Below are positions 40,025 through 49,220 of a stretch of 64,000 nt of DNA, one piece after another. Position 1 is the stretch's first letter. Each line of letters starts with the position of its first letter. Both the position numbers and the translations under genes were made by a program. This stretch comes from Candidatus Bathyarchaeota archaeon (GTDB lineage Archaea; Thermoproteota; Bathyarchaeia; Bathyarchaeales; Bathycorpusculaceae): assembly GCA_963772455.1 (NCBI GenBank), contig CAVYXJ010000012.1, positions 128,001 to 192,000 of the forward strand, written 5' to 3'. Below the pieces are notes generated by a model, which did not search any database, was not told the origin of the DNA, and saw only the letters and a list, made by a program, of their open reading frames with translations.

Positions 40025-40215
40025 TTGTCTCTTTCTTGTCTTTTAATATAAAAGGTTTGCACAAACATTTCCATATAATTAGCAGCGTTTTGTTTCATTT
40101 GCATGGTAAAGATTGTTACGTACGTATCAAAAATGTGTCTAACCGTAAAATTTTATAGAAAACTTATTTGATACCTGATCAAAAGGCGATATTTGAAGTT
40201 CAGCAGCTTAGCGGT

Positions 40216-40238
40216 TGTGATTTCAAAGTGTAATCACA
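40216..40238. promoter_or_regulatory. Palindrome TGTGATT-N9-AATCACA directly upstream of a TTTATATT box
   Basis: Perfect 7-bp inverted repeat; TATA-like box at 40243-40250. Confidence 0.55.
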
Positions 40239-40270
40239 TTGTTTTATATTTTTGAGACAGCTAACCAGTT

Positions 40271-40410
40271 GGTAGGAATGCAAGGGATAGCCAACAAAAG
40301 TTGAGCGAATCCGGCTGCTAAATAAGGAAAGGCCGTTGCCCACCTACCCTTTTGGCCTAACCTGTTTGGCGTATGGCTTGGTTCGCTTAACTCTTCATTT
40401 TGGGTTGTCT
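40271..40410 (+). ncRNA. Candidate novel ~140-nt structured RNA
   Basis: ~40-bp interrupted hairpin with many G-U pairs; TATA box upstream; T-rich tract downstream; no ORF. Confidence 0.6.
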
Positions 40411-40515
40411 GAAAAGCAATTTTAACTAATTTTTGTAGCGGTAGATTTCCAATATCAGGACTTTTTATTAAATTTGCATAAAAGAAAAAATGTTAAACTA
40501 TTCATAAACGATGTT

Positions 40516-40786
40516 TTGCGTCAGATTGCGCAACATGATAAAGCCCCTTTCACACTGTCAAAAGCCCAACAGCGATAACTGTTGAACGTTAAACGTTCAT
40601 ACGCTAACAGCACAACGCTAAAAGCTCCTCAAATCATCCGCATTTCAGCGTTTAACGGAGAAATTTTGCTCGTTTCGCTTCGACTTTGGATGTTAAAAAG
40701 TGCGAAAATTCTGGATGTTCGTCCGATTGATAGCGATACTGAAAACAGAAACGATGTTATGCTTTTGTGTCGCAATCTGAAAGCAA
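40516..40786 (+). ncRNA. Candidate ~270-nt multibranch structured RNA
   Basis: Nested long-range stems tcagattgcg/cgcaatctga, tttca/tgaaa, ctgtcaa/ttgatag. Confidence 0.5.
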
Positions 40787-41005
40787 TAAGCTATTTTTAG
40801 ACATCTCAACAAATTGGAAACATTATGTGCTTCAACTATCGCAAGGTTACATTTTTAATCTGGTTGATTGCAACTTTTAATGCTAATGGCCTATTTTTCT
40901 CGCTATTTCTAAAGACTTATTGCTTAAACTAAATTTTTTCTAACTACTGTTTGAACCTCTTAACGAAGACTAATGACCCAAAACTGATAGTAGTCATTCC
41001 TGCTA

Positions 41006-41092
41006 GTGAATAGCAGTGAGAAAAAAGATTACCTCGCGCGTATTAAGAAAAAGAAGCCTGAGCCCATTTCCATAAAAATTCCAACGGATTAG
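41006..41092 (+). CDS. 28-aa basic micropeptide (not in ORF track)
   Basis: MNSSEKKDYLARIKKKKPEPISIKIPTD*. Confidence 0.3.
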   Translation: MNSSEKKDYLARIKKKKPEPISIKIPTD

Positions 41093-41172
41093 GAGAACGC
41101 TTCGGATTGATTATTGTTAAACCCGGATACTGAAGAATTAAATGGAACAAAAGGTGAAAACGATTTGAAAGA

Positions 41173-41417
41173 TGAATGGTTCACTGAAAAAAAAATCAAA
41201 GACCGTTCACCATGGGGCAAAAGAGAGTTCAGCCTTCGATTTACCGGCGATGCGCGTTAATTTACCGTATTTTAGGCTGAAAAAACGTCCGATTTCACAT
41301 TTTGAGGTCGGGCAAGAATTCCTTTGCATTCTTCTTTATGGTATTATTCGATCTCAGACTGCCAGGGCCCCCGGTGACTTCTGTCGTGGTTTTCCCCGCA
41401 GGTATTCTGCAAAGAAT
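41173..41417 (+). ncRNA. Candidate structured RNA, four consecutive stem-loops
   Basis: tgaatggt/accgttca, ttcagcct/aggctgaa, gtccgatttca/tgaggtcgggc, ctttgca/tgcaaag; locally GC-elevated. Confidence 0.45.
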
Positions 41418-41484
41418 CTTAATTGCTTTTTTGGTGGTTTAACAAGCAAGCTTTAAATTGCTTAAGTACACACAAGAATAACCT

Positions 41485-41720
41485 ATGAATCGCCAGGAAA
41501 CAGTCTCCTTGCTAAAGGAAATGATAGCTGTTTGTGGGTCATTCTATGATGCTCGAGCAGTATCCGTTCAAAATGGTGGGAACAGTGATAATTTGGGAAC
41601 TCTCATGTTTACTGGGTTCCTAATCCCTCAGATATCGAATGTATACAAAAAATACTTGCTGAACACATTTTAGAAATGGTTACTATTAACGGACGCTCTG
41701 TATTTCGGTCGAAAAAATAA
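41485..41720 (+). CDS. Small M[DN]RxEA-family protein; frameshift near 41595
   Basis: MNRQETVSLLKEM...; shifted frame HVYWVPNPSDIECIQKILAEHILEMVTINGRSVFRSKK*. Confidence 0.65.
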
Positions 41721-41847
41721 ATTCAGTTATAACTTTAAAATTCTTCTTGCAATTCTTGCATGTGTAAGCTTCAATGTTGAAGACCTGATTTGTAAGCGAT
41801 TTGTGGGGTTTCGCCACTTCTTCACCACAGCTTGGACAACTAACCAT
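41686..41847 (-). CDS. Small zinc-ribbon protein, Cren7-like (not in ORF track)
   Basis: MVSCPSCGEEVAKPHKSLTNQVFNIEAYTCKNCKKNFKV... Confidence 0.65.
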   Translation of the reverse strand: MVSCPSCGEEVAKPHKSLTNQVFNIEAYTCKNCKKNFKVITEFIFSTEIQSVR

Positions 41848-42104
41848 GCAAACTCTCCAAAGTTAGAATAAACTAATGATCTGTGATAAAAGTATTAGAT
41901 GGTTTGTTGGCACATATTGAAACAACAAACAAAACTGGTGGAAATTAAATTATAATGGAAGATTTGAGGTTCAAAAAGGGTTTGTACGCTCAATCAATTT
42001 ATTAATTAACCTCTAAGATAATGAGTCTAAGTCACTTGTTTTTGCAGAGGATAAGATCATGTAAACAGAATTTGATATGGGAGTTCTGTTGGTGAGTTGT
42101 TGGT

Positions 42105-42324
42105 TAGTTTTGAGTTATTGTTTGTTCTTCTTGGTTTGGAATAACCATTAATTGTATTGGGTCTTGTTCTGTGTGTTTTTAGTAGTTGGTGTTTGTGGTT
42201 TTTTGTGGTTTGTGTTTCCGATCCAGTATAGGCTCCAGCCAACTATGAAGGTGAAGGCCATTATTGGCGCTAAAAGGAGTATGGTGAGTTTGCTTCGTTT
42301 TTTTCTATTATGGCGTGTTGTCAT
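42105..42324 (-). CDS. Small single-TM protein, frameshifted
   Basis: AGGTGA RBS; MTTRHNRK..SKLTILLLAPIMAFTFIVGWSLYWIG...IQLMVIP..E. Confidence 0.5.
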
Positions 42325-42760
42325 TTCGTCACCTACTACATCTTGTTACTTAATTCTTAATATATAAATTTTGTTAATTAGCAATGCACTATACTTCTGT
42401 AGAACACAAATATTAGTAAAAAAAAATCACAAATCAAATTAACAATATCAAAGGTCAACAAGTTATTTTTTACGATAAACTCACAACTTTTGTGGGTTCA
42501 GTCGTAAGACGCCTTGACCCATTACTGGATGTTACCCCAGTTTTAGATTGTTTAATATTTTAGTCTGCAAGAAAAAGATTTAGGGATTCTGATAACTAAA
42601 AGAAAACATAAATGATAGTCGTCAGTAATACGGCTAAAACTTCAATTTTCCAATCTCAGCACAATTGAAAATAAGCAAGTAGGAAGTAATTTTTCGATAG
42701 TTATATATGCGTAATGTCATCCAATTGAAGTGAAGTTTTGGGTTCTGAGGCAAAAATAAC

Positions 42761-43789
42761 ATGGCAGCGCTAAAAAAACGAAATTTCATAATCATTACCG
42801 TTATTATCTTGGTTATAGCCATCATTTTAAGCTCATTTGTATATCTCAATTCCCAAATCCCCTACAAAGGCAACATAGAGACCGTAACAATCGGCGTGTT
42901 CCCTTCTGAATATAATTCCTTAATTTATATTGCAAACGACCAACAATTCTTCTCAAATAATGGCCTCAAAATAACATTGAAGAACTATCCTTCTGGAGCT
43001 GCTGCTGCGGGAGGGATGTTAAATGGGGAAGTAGACATCGCTACGGCTTCCGAATTTGTCGTTGCTGACAATGCACTCCCGAATGCAGATCTCAATGCAT
43101 TAGGGAGCCTCTCACAATACCTCAATTTGTACTTGGTTGCAAGAACTGACAAAGGAATTAACGGCATTTCAGATTTAGTCGGCAAAAAGATTGGGCTTAC
43201 CATTGGAACTGGCAATCAATTTTACCTTGGCAGATTCCTCGAACTTAACGGGATAAACCAAAATCAAGTTACACTTGTTAATGTCAATTTTGCACAAGCA
43301 CCAAATGCTCTTGCAAACGGCACAATAGATGCAACAATTACGTTTCAGCCATACATAAACCAAATAAAAAGTCTTCTCGGCAACGCAATCTTAGTGTGGC
43401 CAGCACAAGCTGAACAATTCGGTTACTTCGAAGCTATCAGTACAAACACATGGGTAACCACGAATCCTGGTCTAATTGAACGGTTTTTGAAGGCAATTAT
43501 TCAGGCTCAAAACTTTAATATCAACAACCAAAACATGGCAATATCAATCGTGTCAAAGGAACTAAATTATACAACCTCATACACATCCTCGGTTTGGGCT
43601 GATTATCGTTATTCAGTTACGCTTGACCAATCCTTCATCTTACTCATGCAAGATGAAACCAGATGGCTAATTAACAACAACTTAACTACTGCAACTTCTG
43701 TTCCCAACTTTTTCAATTATATTTATGTTGATGGGTTAAAATCTGTCAGTCCTGAATCAGTCAACATTATAGGCATGGGAACCCCATGA
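42761..43789 (+). CDS. NMT1/SsuA/NrtA-family substrate-binding protein (no transporter nearby)
   Basis: LIYIA....FF..NGL, GEVDIA, ISDLVGKKIG, L.NGTIDA...F.P, NP...ERFLKA. Confidence 0.88.
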   Translation: MAALKKRNFIIITVIILVIAIILSSFVYLNSQIPYKGNIETVTIGVFPSEYNSLIYIANDQQFFSNNGLKITLKNYPSGAAAAGGMLNGEVDIATASEFVVADNALPNADLNALGSLSQYLNLYLVARTDKGINGISDLVGKKIGLTIGTGNQFYLGRFLELNGINQNQVTLVNVNFAQAPNALANGTIDATITFQPYINQIKSLLGNAILVWPAQAEQFGYFEAISTNTWVTTNPGLIERFLKAIIQAQNFNINNQNMAISIVSKELNYTTSYTSSVWADYRYSVTLDQSFILLMQDETRWLINNNLTTATSVPNFFNYIYVDGLKSVSPESVNIIGMGTP

Positions 43790-46078
43790 GACTTAAAACT
43801 CAAAATTTACTCAGCATAATAATATTCTCCATCTTGATTGTCATAATTGCAGCATCAGTTGTCGTTACTTCACAACAAACAGCCCAGTTAAACAATCAAC
43901 AGACAATTTCCCATGACATACAAACCCGAGCAAGTAACCTCCAATACCTTTCAAATGACTATTTTCTGTATCAAGAAAACCCTGTGGTGAACATGTGGCA
44001 AACAGAATACAATTTACTTTTAGCAGACCTTTTAAAACTTAATGTCAACAACCCTGCGCAGCAGATAATGGTTAACAACGTGAAAAATGACTCGCAACTT
44101 CTCATTAACCGATGGACTGACGTAACAGCTTACCTCGCAAATGCTGATAGAAACGTTAGCGTTCGAGTTTTGCCCGCATTCCAAGCTATTTGGAGCAGAA
44201 TGTCTCTACAAAACCAAGCATTACTCTTCGACAATCAACAATTGTCACAAAATTTCCAAAGCCAAATCGACCAACTTAATGGCACTATTCTAATTCTTAT
44301 TTTCGCTATGCTGCGGTGTTTGGTACCTACTTCATCACATATTATTTAATAACCTTCCGAAACACCTTAAAATCCATCTCAGAATTACAATCTGGAATAG
44401 CGGTTATCGGTTCAGGAAACTTTGACCACACTTTAAACGCTGAAAAGAAAGATGAAATCTCTGATATTTCAAAATCTGTCAATCAAATGGCTGCCAACTT
44501 GAAAACTATAACGGCTTCCAAAAAAGACTTAGAACAAGCCCAAATTTCTTTACGAACAAGTGAGCAGCGTTGGGCAACTACACTGTCAAGCATTGGAGAC
44601 TCAGTAATAGCTACCGATGAGTTGGGTGCTGTCACATTTATGAATGCGATAGCTGAGCAATCAACGGGTTGGACTCTTAGTGAAGCTTTAGGAAAGCCGC
44701 TCAAAGAAGTATTCCACATAATTAATGAGGAAACTCGCATGGAAGTTGAGAGTCCATTTGTCAAAGTTATGCAGAATGGAGTTATTGTTGGTTTGGCTAA
44801 CCACACGATTTTAATTCGAAAAGACGGATTAGAAGTTCCTCTTGATGACAGCGGTGCACCCATAAAAGACGAAAAAGGCAAGATCACGGGTGTTGTTATT
44901 GTATTTCACGATATTACCGAACGTAAGAAAACAGAAGAAGCTATGGTAAAACAAGCTGAATTAATCAATCTAAGCCCCGATGCCATAATTGTCAGGAAAA
45001 TAGATGGCACCATAACTTTTTGGAGTGACGGCGCAGAGAAACTTTACGGTTTCTCAAAAGATGAAGCTATTGGACATGATATTAACAAATTATTGAACAC
45101 AAAATTGCCTCTACCGTTAGACGATATACAAAGAAAACTTGAACAAGAAGGAAAATGGTCAGGAGAAGTTGTCCATTTCTGCAAGGATGGAAATAAATTG
45201 TTTGTGCAGAGTTATTGGTTGGGTAAATTTGGTTCAGACGGAAAAATCTATGAAATGCTTGAGTCAAATGTTGACATTTCCCCGCGAATAGAGATGCAGT
45301 TTAAACTTGAAAAGTCAGCTGTTAGGCTTGAAGAATTACTTCAAATCAAATGGAAAATCTCGCAAATCAAAGAGCAGCCCAGCTAAAGGACTCTGAGCGT
45401 TTAGCAGCTATTGGCGCAACTGCAGGCATGGTTGGTCACGATATTCGAAATCCACTTCAGGCAATAACTGGAGATATTTACTTAGCAAAAACCGAATTAG
45501 CATCTTTACCTGAGGGTGAAGAGAAAAATAACATTCAAGAGAGCCTAACTGAGATTGAGAAAAACGTTGATTACATTAACAAAATAGTCGCAGACCTCCA
45601 AGACTACGCAAGACCTCTCAATCCTCGAGCACAAGAAACAAACATAAAATCGTTATTCAATGAAATCTTGGCTAAAAATGGGGTTCCCAAAAACATCAAG
45701 GTAACTGTTCAAGTAGAGGATAAAGCCGAGAAAATTATAGCTGACCCTGACTATCTCAAGCGCATAGCCGCCAATTTGATACTTAATGCAATCCAAGCTA
45801 TGCCTAATGGAGGTAAACTTAATGTTCGGGCGTATACCGATAAGCAAACTAATGATGTTTTGATAACTGTTAAAGACACCGGAGTCGGTATCCCTGAGAA
45901 CGTTAAACCTAAACTATTTACGCCGATGATGACGACCAAATCTAAGGGTCAAGGATTCGGATTAGCGGTAGTTAAACGCATGACTGAAGGCTTAGGAGGA
46001 ACTGTAGATTTTGAAAGCACCGAAGGAAAAGGCACAACCTTCCTTGTACGTTTACCCTCACAAAAAGCTAAACTGTAA
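43786..46078 (+). CDS. Membrane HAMP-PAS-PAS histidine kinase; frameshifts near 44315 and 45347
   Basis: Two TM helices; HAMP (GNFD......KDEISDI...NQMA); PAS; GMVGHDIRNPL; NAIQAM; DTGVGI; GQGFGL. Confidence 0.88.
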
Positions 46079-46094
46079 ATCAAGATTTAGGGGT

Positions 46095-46417
46095 TTATTT
46101 TTTGAATAATTTTCTAATTTTCCATAATTGCCAAAAAAACAGTACCCAGAAAGCAACAGTTACCCAAATTAACACTCCAGATCTAATCACGTACGTATAG
46201 TATTGGATGTCGATTTGATTTAGAGGAGTTAGCAACATACCAGCGATCCCCGAAGGCAAATAAGGCCACGGAATAAATGAGCCACCTAAAGTGTTAGGCC
46301 AAAAAGGTGCTCCTCAATTTCATAGACAAAGGAAGCCACATAATGAGCACTTGCGGCGTAGATCGTTAAAAATACTGAAACAATAAACAGTAAAACTAAT
46401 GTTACTTTATTGTTCAT
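46095..46417 (-). CDS. Small membrane protein, frameshifted
   Basis: MNNKVTLVLLFIVSVFLTIYAASAHY...PFWPNTLGGSFIPWPYLP...IRSGVLIWVTVAFWVLF. Confidence 0.45.
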
Positions 46418-46659
46418 TTTAGGACCCAAGGTGATTCTTGTTTGCAAAGGTTAAGAATCTAACTGTTTACTGAATGTAATGATTTCATTTGATAGAGGAT
46501 ATCTTGGTTAATTTTAGTCCACATCTAATTCATCAAAGGTTAGAAGTCCTTATCCAAATGCGAAAAATATTGCTTTGGTTAATCAAGAATCTTTGATTAA
46601 GTACATTGACATAAAACTTAAATCACCATTGTTTCGAAGTAGTTACATGAGGGGAAAAA

Positions 46660-47160
46660 ATGAATAGAAATCAAATCATAGGATTAGTCGCTATTGTTAT
46701 TGTTATGGCTGTTGGTTTCCCAACCGCTTACATTTTACAATCATCATTGGCTCCAGCTCAAAATCCAACAGGGGCGCTGGATTTTACTGTTAACGCAAAA
46801 AGTGATTGCTTACGATTTCTAAACAGTTCAGTACCGACAATTTACGTTCCATTTACAGTTGCTGCAAATGAAAACTGGGAATTAACTATTAATTCTACAA
46901 AGATGCCTGGTGGGTTAAACGGTTGGACTGATGTCTACATTTACAAAGGCTATTGGGATGGAGGAACCAACAATACCTGCACGGCAGGCGATCTATACCC
47001 AATTATAAGCGATATTCAAAACGCTGATTTTGAAATAAAAACAAACCAGCCTTACATAGAAACCTTCGGAGAATCAACACAACAAAGCTACACAATATTC
47101 TTTTTGGTTCCTCCAGGCGGACCCGCATCATTCCACGTGACACTAAAACAGCTAGTTTAG
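46660..47160 (+). CDS. Anchored/secreted beta-rich protein
   Basis: GAGGGG RBS; N-terminal TM; beta-strand-rich domain. Confidence 0.8.
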   Translation: MNRNQIIGLVAIVIVMAVGFPTAYILQSSLAPAQNPTGALDFTVNAKSDCLRFLNSSVPTIYVPFTVAANENWELTINSTKMPGGLNGWTDVYIYKGYWDGGTNNTCTAGDLYPIISDIQNADFEIKTNQPYIETFGESTQQSYTIFFLVPPGGPASFHVTLKQLV

Positions 47161-47170
47161 AGGAAAAATT

Positions 47171-47818
47171 CTGAAGTTTTTTCTTATCTTACCTATTTTT
47201 TTGCTACTTTTAACCACTTTTACCGGGCTTGTTCAAGCATCAAATTTACATTCCGAATCGTTTCCTCTATTTGAATCAGCTTCTGTATCAAGATCAGTAT
47301 TTGCCAATGAAGGCGACCGGCTTGTAGGCAACTTTACAGTTTCCAACATTCCCATTTGGATTGACTCTACCACTGGAGACGCTCAAACGATTCAATATTC
47401 ATTTAAAGTCTCCAAGATTGAAGGTTTAGAAAAATGTCCAACGGATATCGTTCTGTACGAAGTATACCAGACCAAAAATGCATCGTTTGACGTATCCTGT
47501 GAATATACTGGTGACTACAGGTTAAGGTTCAATGTGGGAATAGGAGCCCCAGATTTGGGAATAGGGAGCATGCAAGCAACTCTCAACTATGATGTGATTA
47601 AAAGTTCACCTGAACAGGCAAATTCTTCATTGCCAACGCCAACTCTAACACCATTACCAAAATCTACTGCTACGCCTAATCCTTCACTTTCAATCCCAGA
47701 AATCCCCTCATTGACAATTCTCTTGCTTCTTAGCATAATCGTGGCAATTGCTAGCTTGTTAGTTTTAAACTATAAGGACACAATACAGCGAGTTCTTGCA
47801 TACAATACAGCAGTCTAA
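47171..47818 (+). CDS. Surface protein with P/T linker and IPEIP-TM anchor (probable CTG start)
   Basis: In-frame CTG after GAGGA gives signal peptide MKFFLILPIFLLLLTTFTGLVQA; C-term SIPEIP + TM. Confidence 0.78.
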   Translation: MKFFLILPIFLLLLTTFTGLVQASNLHSESFPLFESASVSRSVFANEGDRLVGNFTVSNIPIWIDSTTGDAQTIQYSFKVSKIEGLEKCPTDIVLYEVYQTKNASFDVSCEYTGDYRLRFNVGIGAPDLGIGSMQATLNYDVIKSSPEQANSSLPTPTLTPLPKSTATPNPSLSIPEIPSLTILLLLSIIVAIASLLVLNYKDTIQRVLAYNTAV

Positions 47819-47873
47819 ACTGAAAGAACTATGGGACATCCAAAAGATGAGGCTTAGCAAGATTCTTAGAGCG

Positions 47874-48806
47874 CTAATCTTGGATAACTAAGGAAATCTT
47901 GTCAGAATCAATACTGGTTAACAAATTTGACATGGTTTTCTTAAATTTGTTTCTAACATACCATAAAACGCCAAATACTCCTCCAAATATAGCTGCGACA
48001 GGTGCAGTACCCAGTAATATCGTAATTTCACGTCCAGAAACAATCTTGTGGTTGATTATCTGCTGCATTCCAAAAGTATTCGTACTTGTTAAGATATAGA
48101 GCCATAAAATCAGAAGAGGCATTGAAATCATAAAAGCTGCATAGATCGCTAGACCTGTGCGCCTAAACTTTTTCATTACATTGAGTATTTGTTGAAGAAG
48201 TTGTTTGGAAGAATAATCAATGTTTTCTTTCTTTTTTAGTTCATTGATATATAATCCGGAATATCCAACATGCAAATATAGCGAAGATAGGTCTTTTGAC
48301 ACTAAGTCTCTTATGAAGTAATAGAATCTGTCGATCACGTTTGGATTCTGAACTTTCCAATAATGAATACCATAAACGAAAACGAAGAGCATTACTTCAT
48401 TTTCTTTCTCAAATTTGTTAAAGTACCAACCGCTTGAGCCTAAAATTGAAATGATGAACGGGAAAAATGCATAAACGCCAAAGGGCAGAGACTCTGATGC
48501 TCCAATAAGTTGTGTGACAACTAACCAAGGTAAAGCAAATATGGCAATTCCAATAGGCAACACTGTCCAAACGTATGTTTCTATATTTTCCTCTAATTTT
48601 GGAATTACTTTCTTAGTTTCAAATAAGCCAAATAGCAAACCTGCAATGACTCCAAACAACAGATAAATCTGGCGTGTAGTTGTGAACCATTTTAGGTTAA
48701 TTGAAACAAAAACAAGCAGTATACCAAAAGAAAAGGCAGTCACTATGAATGCTATCAGTCTGAATTTGCCTAAGGGATAACCAATTTTTGCGAATTTTGG
48801 AAGCAT
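47874..48806 (-). CDS. Hypothetical multi-TM membrane protein
   Basis: 310-aa ORF, about 6 TM helices. Confidence 0.75.
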   Translation of the reverse strand: MLPKFAKIGYPLGKFRLIAFIVTAFSFGILLVFVSINLKWFTTTRQIYLLFGVIAGLLFGLFETKKVIPKLEENIETYVWTVLPIGIAIFALPWLVVTQLIGASESLPFGVYAFFPFIISILGSSGWYFNKFEKENEVMLFVFVYGIHYWKVQNPNVIDRFYYFIRDLVSKDLSSLYLHVGYSGLYINELKKKENIDYSSKQLLQQILNVMKKFRRTGLAIYAAFMISMPLLILWLYILTSTNTFGMQQIINHKIVSGREITILLGTAPVAAIFGGVFGVLWYVRNKFKKTMSNLLTSIDSDKISLVIQD

Positions 48807-48878
48807 AAATAAATCACGTTGGTGTGATTCAACATAGGATATTAAAAAGTTATAATTCTTTGCTTAATGTTTTAGAAC

Positions 48879-49106
48879 TTACCTTTGTTCGCTTCCAAAT
48901 CTTCTATAAATGAGAAAGCCTATAAAACCTCCAACAAATGGGCCTATACTAAAACTGAAGAATATCCAATCGTTAAAAGTTCCAAAGAAATGTAGTTTCA
49001 ACCAAACAAGTAATAATCCTCCTCCAAAGAAAAGAATAACCCCTCCAAGCCAAGCGCAAAACATAACAGTAACTAAAGCTGAGGCGAAACCTGATTTCAA
49101 TTTCAT
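48879..49106 (-). CDS. Small 2-TM membrane protein
   Basis: Two hydrophobic helices plus YRR tail. Confidence 0.6.
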   Translation of the reverse strand: MKLKSGFASALVTVMFCAWLGGVILFFGGGLLLVWLKLHFFGTFNDWIFFSFSIGPFVGGFIGFLIYRRFGSEQR

Positions 49107-49220
49107 AGTATTATTACCCTTTATTCAATAATATAAAATAAATGCGTAATTTACAAACTACACTAACCAGCCAAAAGTTATAAGCTCTAAACAGCATATC
49201 GACAAACAGAGGACAAACTA

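Noticed and set aside
40271-41417. SRP RNA, RNase P RNA, tRNA or C/D guide identity for the structured blocks
   Set aside because: No helix-8 GGAAGGGAGCA-type motif, no GAGGAAAGUCC P4 motif, no T-loop GTTC(G/A)A cloverleaf and no clear terminal C/D boxes.
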